NCBI GenBank assembly: GCA_040767085.1
Contig: JAXGPF010000011.1
Coordinates: forward strand, 64,001 to 128,000
DNA from: Kiritimatiellia bacterium
Lineage (GTDB): Bacteria; Verrucomicrobiota; Kiritimatiellia; JAAZAB01
Length of the DNA: 64,000 nucleotides
Direction of reading: 5' to 3'
Position 1 is the stretch's first letter; every line of letters begins with the position of its first letter. The notes beneath the pieces are model-generated. The model made no database searches. It was given only the letters and a program-made list of their open reading frames with translations, and was not told the origin of the DNA. The translations under genes and the position numbers were made by a program. Of the stretch, positions 12,101 through 21,914 are shown in pieces.

Positions 12101-12611
12101 ATTCACCAACTGTAAAAATTGTCGCCGGAATGCAGACATCGGCCCAGTTTGTCCCGCCGCCACCGATACACATGCGCAACCGGCCATCAGCATAAAACGC
12201 CCATTGGAATGGCGCGGATGCCCACCCGCCGGGATATTTCCCAATGACAAACTGATTCATACCGAAGCTGAGCGGCCGCAGCCAACAAGCCACCGTAAAT
12301 GCGTTGTTGTCCTGAAAATTAAAAATGTTGTCCGTCCCGCAATTCACATAGTTGCTGCCAATCGGTCCATAAAAACGTAAAGCCGTCCGGCCGACGCCCG
12401 GAGTCCAATTATCCGCGGCATTGGTCGTATACAGCGCGCCATGATGTCCATAACCCGAAATGTCGGCGATATTGGTGCCGGCGCCTTCATTGAACCGCCA
12501 ATACCCCACGATGTTGCTGCTCGCTGCAGCGTTCATCAACATGGCGCTAATCCATATTGCGCAACAACTCAACCGGGGCATCAACCATCCCGCATGATGA
12601 CATTCTCTCAT
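9114..12611 (-). CDS. Secreted protein: two LamG/concanavalin-like domains + GH-A-like barrel + C-terminal CBM-like domain
   Basis: Tandem YWRFNEG..FTVACW..WCHxAATYDG..IGR..GDIDD; DGAPFFPIGLY, YYSVDEP; NPCFE; start moved to ATG at 12611 (signal peptide). Confidence 0.75.
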   Translation of the reverse strand: MRECHHAGWLMPRLSCCAIWISAMLMNAAASSNIVGYWRFNEGAGTNIADISGYGHHGALYTTNAADNWTPGVGRTALRFYGPIGSNYVNCGTDNIFNFQDNNAFTVACWLRPLSFGMNQFVIGKYPGGWASAPFQWAFYADGRLRMCIGGGGTNWADVCIPATIFTVGEWCHAAATYDGQVLRGYLNGVEQVVKVRALTLASNTASLRIGRSSAGGYFYHGDIDDTVICNYKLEANDIRDIYENKIGHWQMNEGIGTNASDCSVFTNHAVLCNMDESAWVAGQLDADGNCTSLYFDGVDDYLDCGKDNIFNFNDNNAFTIACWLRPNRLDINQCVIGKYSGGWASAPYQWMFYPNGWLRMCIGGGGTNLADIYIPATNFAVGEWCHVAATYDGQVLRGYYNGMEKGAQSRALTLASNAASLKIGRSSSGYYYNGAVDDVRLYDRAFNASEIAQMVQILSAQPDRNYYTGEDAVAICTLDIASTSGFGGNYYLVAKDAQGITLGTNSAPGVETSLVFTTAALPAGTNTITVELRRNSGELLRSCQMDILVRSPRSGGGEVKVDLRKGIILRDGAPFFPIGLYCNSLGKRNLPDGEEDMFALFSQVGFNTLIRVQSSYTNTDQFMNLADQYGMAVINWNSAICPPVLDTNLYPTLAERLAVHGAWYTNMLPAITNETTIMSAHSNLLAYYSVDEPNLNNPDERIAVAEWYWNTVHPVDPYRPKWLLYARSIPAGGNWTRWGDVLGYDVYPGVFMGGLYNDPGRGTAYYAWQLRERCRADGKVMWFVPVGNTLDPLRSPVGMNQTHMLCQAYAAVLYGARGLLYFSYPNVVGTHAWEALQEVACQMNELAPALLNGDIAQNITYTPGPLNPAAQQFPMVNAAVYKYPASDHLLLAVNVNSNAVATTFTVAGLLAGADLFNTCGALTLNGESFSDLIEGYGTHAYRLTLASNSEPVQAAVSMTERPDLPAAHVAIDEIIAQMQAGKNYCPNPCFERQFNANIPDFYRPYFNNSVDVLAGETGSTWYVDHENCWDGMRPALRVYRCTTDEYPEPETWGTFGVMYPPVSAEMTFSFYARGGKNGDQLWVRLNVGGDSWTGFDYQSFTVNVTTNWQRFQTNLYVEARSESFVKNGREILMRPSRGDEIWVSGLQLELGSTATAFQDDSILP

Positions 12612-12699
12612 CGCTGGTTCCTTCCCGTTTGTTTCCGCGGATGCCGGCGTAATAACCAGCCGGGCTTCCCGCAGCGAGTTTCGGCTCCGACGTTTTTCC

Positions 12700-12775
12700 C
12701 AAGTATTATCATAATATATTAGGAGCGCAATATTGCGCAATAATGAAAATACTAAATATTTGAATTCTGTCAAAC
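12700..12775 (-). promoter_or_regulatory. AT-rich sigma70-like promoter region with 14-bp perfect palindrome (candidate operator)
   Basis: Minus-strand TTGACA at 12773-12768 with TATTTT 16 bp downstream; GCGCAATATTGCGC at 12725-12738. Confidence 0.45.
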
Positions 12776-13062
12776 ATTTTTTACCATGGATGCGGCAATT
12801 CTTGCATGCGGGTCCCTTGTGGCTAAATTGAAAATATTCCTGCAATCCCATAAAAATGGGGCGACAAGGGCGACATGGTGATAAGTTGCAAGGGAACGGC
12901 ATCGGCTAGAAATGATCGCTGGAGCGCGCCGGCATGGAACCAACATTAAGTCAAGGCGCGGGAAAGTCTCAGCCGGAAGGCCGCGGATTTTCAGCGATTT
13001 AGCGAAAGTAACGGCGCTTTGCCGTTTTAAACTTTACGGCCACGCGCCAATGCTTTCGCCAA

Positions 13063-14166
13063 TCAGATTTTCGCCGATGATTTCCGGAAAAACAGCGGAC
13101 ATGGAACCAAAGCCTTGATTCCCGGCTCGATTATGCCATCCAGTTGGCTCAACAACAGGTGCATGGCTGCCACACCCATCGCAGTATAGCCTTGATCCGC
13201 CGAGGTGATTGCCGGATTAAACTGCTCAGCCATGGCGGTGTTATCGAATCCGGTCACGGCCATGTCTTCCGGAACGCGCAAGCCCCTTTCGCGCAACCGT
13301 GAAACCAGTCCTATGGCCAGGTAATCCGTGCAGCACACCATTGCGTCGGGAAGGATTTTGCGATCGCGCAAAATATTTTCGGCCAGCTCAGCGCCGTTGT
13401 TTAAAACCAATCCGTCCAAGTCCATGTGAACCAGCCGCGGGTCAAGCTCGCTTCCCCTGGTTTTCAGCGCATCGCAATAACCCCGGTATCGCTCGGTAAT
13501 AAATAAGCGCCCGGTGTGGTCCCCGGCAAACCCGATCCGCCGGCGGCCGGAATCAAGCAAATGCGCGGTCAGGTCAAATACTGCCGAGTAATTATTCCGC
13601 AAAACGCAGGTTAATTCAGGGTGATTCAAATACGAATTGATAAAAATGGTTTTACGGGATATTGCGGCCAGCTTTGCCGGCGCGGCCGGATAAAAATTAG
13701 TGAATGAATCTATCCATATTACGCCGTCGTAATTTCGGGCCGCATCGCTGATCACAGCCCCGGCATTCTTGCCGTCTATTATTTCACTGCGGTCAATTTC
13801 GCGCACATCCAGGGCGTGGCCTTCATTTGACGAACGGCTGATAATCGCCTGCGCCGCTTCGCTATGCGGCAGGGATCTACCGATCGGCCAGAACAACAAT
13901 ATTTTGTATGATTGCCGTGCCTGCTTCTTGACCGGCCGGTGGGACGCCACATACGTCCCTCTTGAAACCACCCGGTTAAGGTATCCTTCCCGCGCCAGCT
14001 TTTGCAAGGCCGCGCGCGCGACAATCAACCCGAGATTGTATTCCGCCGCGATCTGGCGTTCCGGCGCGAATTTTTCGCCAACCGGAATTTTTTTTATTTC
14101 CGGAATCAACAAATCGGCCAGTTGTAAATAAAGCGGCTTGGCGGAATTTTTATTGAGATTTTTCAT
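13063..14166 (-). CDS. GntR-HTH / LacI-type periplasmic-binding-fold transcriptional regulator (AraR-like architecture)
   Basis: PLYLQLAD...APERQIA...ARAALQKLAREG..RGTYV; ERYRGY, PDAMVCCTD, VPEDMAVTGFD. Confidence 0.88.
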   Translation of the reverse strand: MKNLNKNSAKPLYLQLADLLIPEIKKIPVGEKFAPERQIAAEYNLGLIVARAALQKLAREGYLNRVVSRGTYVASHRPVKKQARQSYKILLFWPIGRSLPHSEAAQAIISRSSNEGHALDVREIDRSEIIDGKNAGAVISDAARNYDGVIWIDSFTNFYPAAPAKLAAISRKTIFINSYLNHPELTCVLRNNYSAVFDLTAHLLDSGRRRIGFAGDHTGRLFITERYRGYCDALKTRGSELDPRLVHMDLDGLVLNNGAELAENILRDRKILPDAMVCCTDYLAIGLVSRLRERGLRVPEDMAVTGFDNTAMAEQFNPAITSADQGYTAMGVAAMHLLLSQLDGIIEPGIKALVPCPLFFRKSSAKI

Positions 14167-14180
14167 GATCGGCGGCAGGT

Positions 14181-14406
14181 TCACCTGAAATTAAAAAAGC
14201 GCGCCCGGCGACAGATATGCGTAACAGCCCATGTCCGCCCGGCCGGAAAACCGGTCAATGCGAGCGTGCCCGTCCAAGTCCCTGGCTCCAGCCATCCGCG
14301 CCAGGTTCGTGCCGGCATTGACCCCGGGCGGCACGCCCGCCAGCCACAATGCCGCCCAGGCCATCCGGCCGGCTTTAGTCCAGCAGTTTGATTTGCAACT
14401 TTTCAT
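14181..14406 (-). pseudogene. Internally deleted remnant paralog of the 7212..8993 beta-helix gene (signal peptide fused to C-terminal tail)
   Basis: 14181-14330 is nearly identical to 7212-7360; joined to an N-terminus (AWAALWLAG) similar to 8922-8960. Confidence 0.85.
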
Positions 14407-14626
14407 TGCCGAAACAATTTTTTCGCCATGAGCCGTATTGCCTGTGGAAAAACCAAAGCCCGTTTAACACCTGAATTTTGCACGAATATTGGCGTTGAAA
14501 TGATTTAAATTAATTTCAGGTAATAGCAAATTTAACTCGATTAATACGCCAGGGCAAGCCGTAAAATATTTCCCGCATGCATTGTTTATCCGCCGGCGCT
14601 GATTTATGCGCTGCTCAAGCAAAAGA

Positions 14627-16561
14627 TCAGCCGCTTGCGCCGCTGGCGGATAACGGACAGGCAACGCTGCCGCTCTCCGGCATATCCGGCCGCGTGGCAC
14701 GAAATCTTTGCCACCAGCGCGGCAGGCCGGCCTGCCACACGGATGCCAGGTCCAACGGCTGCGGCAGCCAGACCCGGTAGAGCGATTGCTCGCTCCACAA
14801 ATTGCCGGCGGACGCGAAATCGCAAAATGTAATCTTGCGCTGGCCGCCGCCTGGCTCCCGGAGCATCGCGTCAAACGCCAGCCAGACTCCATGCCGGCGC
14901 GCCGCGTCCGGATTGAAGGTCAATGCCACCGACCCATCCGCGGCCGCGTCCGGCTTCAGCAGCGCCGCCGCATCGGCCGCCGCCGGGCAGAGCCGGTTGT
15001 CCAAGGCCAGGACCAGCGGCCCGCGCATCAGCGCGAAACAATCATTGGGACTGCCGGCCGGCGCGTCCATAAGCCGGCCGCGCAGGTCAAGCTGCAATGC
15101 CACCGTATCCCCGGTACGCCATTTCCGCCGGAGGACGGCATAAGTCCCGGCGCGGACTGCGCCTTCGTATGTTTGGCCGTTAACGGCCAGCGCATTCCGG
15201 ACGCTCCAGCCGGGAATCCGCAAGGAAATGGAAAATTCCGCCGGCCGCGCCGGCTGCACTGTTAACTTTATTGCTCCGGATGCCGGGTAGTCCGTTTCCT
15301 GGATCAGGCGGACTTTCACGCCGTCCGGCAGCCGGACCTCCGCTGTTAACGGGTTGTACAGGTTGACTACCGGCCCGCCAGCGCCGGACATCACCCCCCA
15401 GCGCGGCGTCAGCAGCATTCCGCGCGGCCCGCTGAGGACGCAACAGCTCGTGCCCGCATCCGCATGCTGGGCGTGGCTGGGCACGCGGTCGCCCGCCAGC
15501 CCGGAAAGATACCCCCACCATTGCCCCGCCGGCGCCAATGCTCCCAGCAACGCGTTATAAAGGCTGGTTTCCAGGGCATCGGCATACCGGGATGCCCCGG
15601 TGAGCCGCAGCAGTTGGAAACAAAATTTCATCCAGGTGGCGGTCACGCAGGTCTCGATGGCCACCGGCTCCGCCCCGCATTGCCGGCCGCGCGCGCCGCA
15701 CCAGACCTCGTGGTTGGAGCCGGAGCCGACAATGGTCAGCTCTTCTTCAAAAATGCCTTGCGCAAGTTTTACCGCCGCATCCAGATAGCGCCGGTTGCCA
15801 TCGGCGCGGTACAATTCGCACAAGCCTTCGTAACAGGACATCATTTCGTAGGCTTTCGGCGCCCCGCCAATCTGCGCGGGCGGCTTGCCGGCCAGGGCAT
15901 CCTCCACCAGCCGCAATCCTGCCGGCGACCAGTGATTTGCCCGGCTCCACTGGCTGACAATATGCCGGGCAAACTCCAGGTATTTCTTTTCCCTGGTGCG
16001 TTGATAAAGCAATGCTATCGGTTCCAGCACGGAACTGGGCGGCAAACCCTTCCAGTGCGGATAGCCGATGGCGGCAATATTCTCGCCGGCCGGCCCGCAC
16101 TCGGATATCAGGCTGTCAGCCTGCCGGCGGGCGGCGGCCAGGATGAAATCGTCGCCGGTAACATCGTAAATGCCGAGCAATCCCAGTAAAACATATTTGC
16201 GGCCCCAGACATCCCATCCTTGCAGATGATGTTCCTGCCGGCGTGTGCCGATGTAGCCGTCGGCGTCCTGCGTGGCTATCAAATCCCGGGCCGCCTGGCG
16301 CAGCAGATCAATATGTTTTTGAGCCGGCCAGTCGCCGCCGGCCAGCGCCGCGCCGGATGCCCATTTGCCCCAGTATTCGCAACGCCAGTCGCCATTGCCG
16401 ACTTCGTCTTTATCGCGGTATGGACGCAACAGGCGTTCCTGTTCCTGGCGCCATACGCTGTTATCTGCCATGGCGTCAAGCCGGCCGCCCAGGACGCCGC
16501 CCAGCCTTACCGCTCCGGGGCGGGCGGACTGCAAAATATCTGCCTGTTCCATCGCTTCCAT
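14627..16561 (-). CDS. GH127 beta-L-arabinofuranosidase-like protein (DUF1680)
   Basis: EYWGKW, QDADGYIG, KAYEMMSC, ETCVTATW, CC, ETDYP, LRIPGW, ALMRGPLVLA. Confidence 0.85.
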   Translation of the reverse strand: MEAMEQADILQSARPGAVRLGGVLGGRLDAMADNSVWRQEQERLLRPYRDKDEVGNGDWRCEYWGKWASGAALAGGDWPAQKHIDLLRQAARDLIATQDADGYIGTRRQEHHLQGWDVWGRKYVLLGLLGIYDVTGDDFILAAARRQADSLISECGPAGENIAAIGYPHWKGLPPSSVLEPIALLYQRTREKKYLEFARHIVSQWSRANHWSPAGLRLVEDALAGKPPAQIGGAPKAYEMMSCYEGLCELYRADGNRRYLDAAVKLAQGIFEEELTIVGSGSNHEVWCGARGRQCGAEPVAIETCVTATWMKFCFQLLRLTGASRYADALETSLYNALLGALAPAGQWWGYLSGLAGDRVPSHAQHADAGTSCCVLSGPRGMLLTPRWGVMSGAGGPVVNLYNPLTAEVRLPDGVKVRLIQETDYPASGAIKLTVQPARPAEFSISLRIPGWSVRNALAVNGQTYEGAVRAGTYAVLRRKWRTGDTVALQLDLRGRLMDAPAGSPNDCFALMRGPLVLALDNRLCPAAADAAALLKPDAAADGSVALTFNPDAARRHGVWLAFDAMLREPGGGQRKITFCDFASAGNLWSEQSLYRVWLPQPLDLASVWQAGLPRWWQRFRATRPDMPESGSVACPLSASGASG

Positions 16562-16735
16562 AACGGATGGTCAATTTAACTCGATTCATCCGTCCAGGCA
16601 AGCGGCAAATGGATTTCGTAAATGGATTTTTGCCCGCGCCGGCAGTGCTTGTTTACCCGTCGCAGCCGCAAAGTCAGCCGACGGCGCCCGCCATGCGCCG
16701 ATTTCCAATCAGGGCTGCGTCATTCTCAGAACAGA

Positions 16736-16811
16736 CGGCTCGGTACGGAGACCTCGCCCTACCGTTTCATAAGCATTTGTCGTGGGTAGGGCGAGACCTC
16801 TGGGCGAGCCG
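16736..16811. repeat. Inverted pair of GTAG-family REP-like palindromes
   Basis: CGGCTCG...CCTCGCCCTAC and GTAGGGCGAGACCTCTGGGCGAGCCG in opposite orientation. Confidence 0.7.
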
Positions 16812-16925
16812 CCGAGAATGACACAGCCGCCGATTTCCAATGCAAAACATCAACTGGCGGATTGCATCCCGGGCAAGGATGTGTTATTTTCCCAAAGGAT
16901 TGGAGATATCCGCGGATCAACAGAC

Positions 16926-18923
16926 ATGGAACAACAAAATCACAACGACAAGCCGGGAAAAAACGCCGGGGACGCCCCCCGCAACAATCTGCGCACGCTG
17001 GGCCTGTGGATGGCCCTGTTGGCGGCTTTTTTCCTGATGTTCAACCTGTTCCAGAATGGCAAGGAACAGGCGGAGGACCTGGCTTATAATCCCGATTTCG
17101 TTCAATTGGTGGAAAACAACAAAATCCGCAAATGCGAAATCGTGACCGAGGTGTCCGGCGGCCAGTTTATCCGGGGCGAAATGACGGAGTTGGACGATAA
17201 AACCGGCCGGCCGCGCCGGTTCCGCGTGGACATCGTGGTCACCGACGGCCTGCCGGAGTGGCTGAAGGGGCACGGCGTCCCCTTCGCTTTCACCCGCCAG
17301 CGGATAGATTTCTGGCAAATCGCCCAAAGCGCGCTGCCGTTTCTGTTCGTGCTGGGGCTGCTGTATTTCCTGTTCGTGCGCCAGATGCGCGCCATGGGCC
17401 ACGGCGCCATGAGCTTTGGCAAAAGCCGCGCCCGCTTGCTCTCGCGCGAACAAAACAAGATCACCTTCCAGGATGTGGCCGGCGTGATCGAAGCCAAGGA
17501 AGAAGTCCAGGAAATCGTGGAATTCCTGAAGGACCCCAAAAGGTTTCAAAACCTCGGCGGACGCATGCCCAAGGGCGTGCTGCTGATGGGCCCTCCGGGC
17601 ACGGGCAAGACGCTCCTCGCCAAGGCCATCGCCGGCGAGGCGGATGTGCCGTTTTTCAGCATCAGCGGTTCGGATTTCGTCGAGATGTTCGTCGGGGTCG
17701 GCGCCTCGCGTGTGCGCGACATGTTCGAGCAGGGCAAGAAAAACGCGCCGTGCATCATTTTTATTGATGAAATCGACGCCGTCGGCCGCAGCCGGTTCAG
17801 CGGCATCGGCGGCGGGCACGATGAGCGCGAACAGACCCTCAACGCCCTGCTGGTGGAAATGGACGGCTTTGAAACCCAGGACGGCGTGATCATCATCGCC
17901 GCCACCAACCGCTCCGATGTGCTCGATCCCGCCCTGCTGCGGCCCGGCCGGTTCGACCGCCAGATCGTGATTGACCTGCCCGCGCTGGACGGCCGCGAGG
18001 AAATTCTGCGCCTGCATGCTAAAAAAATCGCGCTGGCCGAAGGGCTGGACCTGAAACGCCTGGCGCGCGGCACCTCGGGCTTTTCCGGGGCGGACCTGGC
18101 CAACCTGATCAACGAAGCCGCCCTGCTGGCCTCCCGCGAAGGTAAAAAATCCGTGGAAATGCGCGATCTGGAAGAAGCGCGCGACAAGGTCCGCTGGGGC
18201 CGCGAACGCCGCAGCCGCGTCATGGACGACGAGGAGAAACGCCTGACCGCCTACCACGAGGCCGGCCATGCGCTGGTATTGAAGATGGTGGAAAAAAGCG
18301 AGCCGGTGCATAAAATCACCATCATCCCCCGCGGCAATGCCTACCTGGGCGCCACCATGCAACTGCCGGAGAAAGACCGGTACACGGAAAGCCTGCTGAA
18401 ACTCCGCTGCACCCTGACCGGCATGATGGGCGGACGGGCCGCGGAAAAACTGGCGCTGGGCGACATCACCACCGGCGCCGGCAACGACCTGAAACAAGCC
18501 ACGCACCTGGCCCGAATGATGGTCTGCAATTGGGGCATGAGCGAAGAACTCGGTCCGCAGACTTTCGGCAGCAACGAGGAACTCCTGTTCTTCGGCCGGG
18601 AAGTCTCGCGCTCCCAGGATTTCAGCGAAGAGACCGCCCGGCGCATTGACATGGAAGTCAACCGCCTCCTGCGCGCGGCTTTCGACGAAGCCACCGCCAT
18701 CCTGCAAAAGCATCGCGATAAACTTGACTTGATCGCCCAGACCCTGCTGGAACGCGAAACCCTGGACGAACAGGAAGTCAACGACTTGATTAAACTCGGC
18801 CGGATTGACACTCCGCCCCCGCCCCCGGCCGCGGCCTCGCCGGCGACGCCGGCAACACCCGCCGCGGCCGACACGCCGCCTCCTATGCCCGCGGCTGAGG
18901 CTACCGGCACCGCCCCGGCATAA
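16926..18923 (+). CDS. ftsH: ATP-dependent zinc metalloprotease FtsH
   Basis: Two TM segments, [39 protein letters not shown]. Confidence 0.97.
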   Translation: MEQQNHNDKPGKNAGDAPRNNLRTLGLWMALLAAFFLMFNLFQNGKEQAEDLAYNPDFVQLVENNKIRKCEIVTEVSGGQFIRGEMTELDDKTGRPRRFRVDIVVTDGLPEWLKGHGVPFAFTRQRIDFWQIAQSALPFLFVLGLLYFLFVRQMRAMGHGAMSFGKSRARLLSREQNKITFQDVAGVIEAKEEVQEIVEFLKDPKRFQNLGGRMPKGVLLMGPPGTGKTLLAKAIAGEADVPFFSISGSDFVEMFVGVGASRVRDMFEQGKKNAPCIIFIDEIDAVGRSRFSGIGGGHDEREQTLNALLVEMDGFETQDGVIIIAATNRSDVLDPALLRPGRFDRQIVIDLPALDGREEILRLHAKKIALAEGLDLKRLARGTSGFSGADLANLINEAALLASREGKKSVEMRDLEEARDKVRWGRERRSRVMDDEEKRLTAYHEAGHALVLKMVEKSEPVHKITIIPRGNAYLGATMQLPEKDRYTESLLKLRCTLTGMMGGRAAEKLALGDITTGAGNDLKQATHLARMMVCNWGMSEELGPQTFGSNEELLFFGREVSRSQDFSEETARRIDMEVNRLLRAAFDEATAILQKHRDKLDLIAQTLLERETLDEQEVNDLIKLGRIDTPPPPPAAASPATPATPAAADTPPPMPAAEATGTAPA

Positions 18924-18997
18924 AGCCTGGCGCGGATCCGGACGGCGGAGGGGAAGATGCAGGTCATTGCGGAAAGACATAACGGACGGAATCGGAC

Positions 18998-19897
18998 ATG
19001 CCGGATCAGAAAAATTTCGGGCTCCCAGTTCCAGCCGACACGCTTGTCTGGCGCTGCCGCGGCCGGATACTGCGCCTCGACGGCCGGCCGTTGATCATGG
19101 GCGTCCTCAACGCCACGCCGGACTCGTTTTCCGATGGCGGCCGGTTCGCCGATCCGGAAACTGCCATCGCCCACGGCCTGCAAATGGTCCGGGATGGCGC
19201 CGATATCATTGACGTCGGCGGCGAATCCACCCGCCCGGGCGCCGCGCCCGTGCCGGCCGAAATCGAAAGCGCGCGCATTCTGCCGGTGCTCCGCGGGCTG
19301 GCGCGCCAGACCGCCTGCCTGCTTTCAGTGGATACTACCAAGGCCGCCGTGGCCGCCCCGGCGCTCGATGCCGGCGCCCATATTATCAACGACATCTCCG
19401 CCCTGACCGCCGACCCGGACATGGCGGAACTGGCACGCCGGCACGGCGCGGGCGTGGTCCTGATGCACCGCCAGGGATTGCCCCCTGCCATGCAGGATAA
19501 CCCGCGCTACGAAGACGTCGTGTGCGAGGTGGCCGCCTGGCTGGCCGAGCGCGCCGCGGCCGCCGGCGCCGCCGGGCTGGACCCGCAGACCCTGGCGCTG
19601 GATCCCGGCATCGGTTTCGGCAAAACCACGCGGCATAACCTGCAATTGCTGGCCAACCTCCCCGCCCTGGCCCGCGGCGCCGGGGAGCGCCCGTTGGTGG
19701 TCGGCCTGTCGCGCAAACGTTTCCTCGGGGAAATCACCGGCCGCGATGATCCGGCGGACCGGCTGCCGGCGACGGTGGCAGGGCTGGCATGGGCGGCGCT
19801 GGCGGGCGCGCAGGTGCTGCGGGTGCATGACGTGAGCGCCGCCCGCGACGCCCTGCTGGTGCTGCAGGCTATGCAAAAGGAGCGCCGGACGCCATGA
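18998..19897 (+). CDS. folP: Dihydropteroate synthase
   Basis: MGVLNATPDSFSDGG, DVGGESTRPG, DPGIGFGK, SRK, RVHDV. Confidence 0.96.
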   Translation: MPDQKNFGLPVPADTLVWRCRGRILRLDGRPLIMGVLNATPDSFSDGGRFADPETAIAHGLQMVRDGADIIDVGGESTRPGAAPVPAEIESARILPVLRGLARQTACLLSVDTTKAAVAAPALDAGAHIINDISALTADPDMAELARRHGAGVVLMHRQGLPPAMQDNPRYEDVVCEVAAWLAERAAAAGAAGLDPQTLALDPGIGFGKTTRHNLQLLANLPALARGAGERPLVVGLSRKRFLGEITGRDDPADRLPATVAGLAWAALAGAQVLRVHDVSAARDALLVLQAMQKERRTP

Positions 19898-20769
19898 CCT
19901 GGATGCACCGCCTCAGTTTCCCGGATGTGAACGGCTGGGTGGAAATCATCTGCCTGGCGGTAATTTTCTACTACGTGCTGTTTTTCTTCCGCGGCACCCG
20001 CGGCGCGCCGGCCCTGATGGGTTTCATTACCCTGTTTATTATCATGCTGGTCGGCACCAGCCTGTTTCACCTCGACGCCCTGAACTGGCTGCTGGGCCGT
20101 TTTTCCGTCTATCTGGCCGTGGCCTTCCTGGTTATTTTCCAGCCGGAAATCCGGCGCGTGCTCGCGGAAATCGGCAAGCAGCACATCTTCGCCGGGCCGG
20201 CGGCCGAGCAGCAGGTGATTGACAGCATTGTCGAGGCGGCGGCCATCCTCGCCCGCCGCAAAATCGGGGCCTTGATCGCCGTGGAACGGGGGATCGGCAT
20301 CCGCAATATCCAGGAAACCGGCGTGCCGATAGACGCCGCCGTCACACCGGAACTGCTGGCCAGCATTTTTTTCCCTTACACCCCCCTGCATGACGGCGGG
20401 GTCGTCATCAGCGGCGACCGGCTGGCGGCCGCCAGCTGCGTTTTCCCGCTCTCCATGCGCGAGGAATTCAGCCGCATGCTCGGCACACGCCACCGCGCGG
20501 CCGTGGGCCTGACCGAAGAAACCGACGCGCTGGTGGTGGTGGTCTCCGAAGAAACCGGCGGCGTTTCGCTGAGCCAGGAAGGCCGCCTGCTTCAGCACCT
20601 GGAAATGGAACAATTGCGCCGGCTGCTGACCGGCAGCCTGCAAAAACATCTGCCGGCGCGCCGGCGCTGGTCGGCGGCGCGCCAATGGCTGCTGCGCGCG
20701 TTCGGCGCGCCGGCCAAGCCGGATGCCGAAAAACGCCGGCCGGCCGCCACGGGGGCAAACCAGGCATGA
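19894..20769 (+). CDS. cdaA: Diadenylate cyclase CdaA (DacA)
   Basis: Three TM segments, IFQPEIRR, LHDGG, GTRHRAA, VSEETG. Confidence 0.93.
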   Translation: MTWMHRLSFPDVNGWVEIICLAVIFYYVLFFFRGTRGAPALMGFITLFIIMLVGTSLFHLDALNWLLGRFSVYLAVAFLVIFQPEIRRVLAEIGKQHIFAGPAAEQQVIDSIVEAAAILARRKIGALIAVERGIGIRNIQETGVPIDAAVTPELLASIFFPYTPLHDGGVVISGDRLAAASCVFPLSMREEFSRMLGTRHRAAVGLTEETDALVVVVSEETGGVSLSQEGRLLQHLEMEQLRRLLTGSLQKHLPARRRWSAARQWLLRAFGAPAKPDAEKRRPAATGANQA

Positions 20770-21749
20770 ACTTGAAAAAAATCATCCTGCCCAACCTCAG
20801 GCTGAAATTGCTGGCCCTGGCCCTGGCCCTGGTCTCCTGGTACGCCATCCGCGAAACGATCAGCTTTGAAATCACGGTCTCGGATATTCCGCTGGATATC
20901 CAGGCGGATGAAGGCTGGTCGGTGCTGCGGCAGTCCGCCGACAGCGTCACGGCCACGTTCCGCGGCTCGCAGGAAGATATCCGCCTGATGGATCAGAAAC
21001 AATTGCGCGCTACCCTGAAAATCAATGCCGGCGCCGCGCGCCGGGAGGAGGAAATCACCCTCACCCCCGATCATATCGCCGGCACCCGCGGCGTGCGCGC
21101 AGTGCGGGTGCATCCCGAACGCGTCTCCGTCAGCCTGGACCGCGAATCGGAACGCAAGGTCCCGGTCAAGGCCCGCACCGCCGGGCGCCCGTTTGCCGGC
21201 GAAATCGAAACCCTGCTCTGCGAGCCGGCCATCGTTTCGCTGCGCGGCCCGGCCACCCACCTGGAACAGACGGAATGGGTCTTCACCGAGCCGGTGGATG
21301 TGGATGGACGCACCAGTTCGTTCCGCAAACGCTGCCGGGTGCTCCCCCCCAGCAATCTCTGGACGCCCCGCATCGACCCGCCCGAGGTGCAGGTCAGCGT
21401 GATGATCGTCCAGCAGACCGCCAGCCAGACCTGGAGCGAGGTGGAGGTCGCAGCGCTCGTGCCTCCCGGCCAGGCTTCCCGGATTTCCATCGTGCCATCC
21501 AAGGTCCAGGTCATCGCCAGCGGCACACCCGAGTCCGTGGCCGCGCTCCGGCAAGCCATACCGCGCGTGTTCGTGGATTGCCGGGAACTGGACCCGTCGC
21601 TGACCTACGACCTGCCGGTCAGTATCCATCTGCCTGCCGGCGCCGGGGCCACGGCAGTGGCGGAGCCGCCCGTGGCGCATATTGTTTTCGAACGGGCCTT
21701 GCCCGGCCATCCGCTGGTATTGCCGGGGGAAAACGGCATGCCGCCATGA
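20766..21749 (+). CDS. cdaR: YbbR/CdaR-like regulator of diadenylate cyclase
   Basis: N-terminal LKLLALALALVSW TM, repeated PxxVxV..GP YbbR-type domains, ATGA overlap with cdaA. Confidence 0.82.
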   Translation: MNLKKIILPNLRLKLLALALALVSWYAIRETISFEITVSDIPLDIQADEGWSVLRQSADSVTATFRGSQEDIRLMDQKQLRATLKINAGAARREEEITLTPDHIAGTRGVRAVRVHPERVSVSLDRESERKVPVKARTAGRPFAGEIETLLCEPAIVSLRGPATHLEQTEWVFTEPVDVDGRTSSFRKRCRVLPPSNLWTPRIDPPEVQVSVMIVQQTASQTWSEVEVAALVPPGQASRISIVPSKVQVIASGTPESVAALRQAIPRVFVDCRELDPSLTYDLPVSIHLPAGAGATAVAEPPVAHIVFERALPGHPLVLPGENGMPP

Positions 21750-21818
21750 TTCTCATAGTTTCAAAAGTCCCCCGGCGGGTTCAGACAAAGGTTATGCATC
21801 ACGAACCATCTTACATCG

Positions 21819-21862
21819 GTAGGGCGCCCAGTGCCGCCAGCGCGGCCCGCGCCTTGGGCGCC
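21819..21862 (+). repeat. 44-bp GTAG REP-like hairpin (same family as 42947-42990)
   Basis: GTAG-GGCGCCCA...TGGGCGCC stem; 40/44 identical to the prophage copy. Confidence 0.75.
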
Positions 21863-21914
21863 AGTGCAAAACGCGGTTTTTGATATTGGCTCAGTTGACA
21901 GGAATTATTTCGAT

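Noticed and set aside
11280-12350. Similar sequence blocks about 640 bp apart
   Set aside because: Tandem LamG domains of one gene
12612-12902. N-terminal 97 codons of ORF 9114..12902
   Set aside because: AT-rich promoter region; the signal peptide begins after ATG 12611
14181-14330. Possible DGR template/variable repeat pair with 7212-7360
   Set aside because: Differences are not confined to adenines of one copy on one strand, include an indel, and no reverse transcriptase is present
16917-18980. Long antisense ORFs (also 1673..2926, 22701..23942, 37685..39196, 42343..44394, 59734..61263)
   Set aside because: Shadow frames of high-GC genes with clear motifs on the opposite strand
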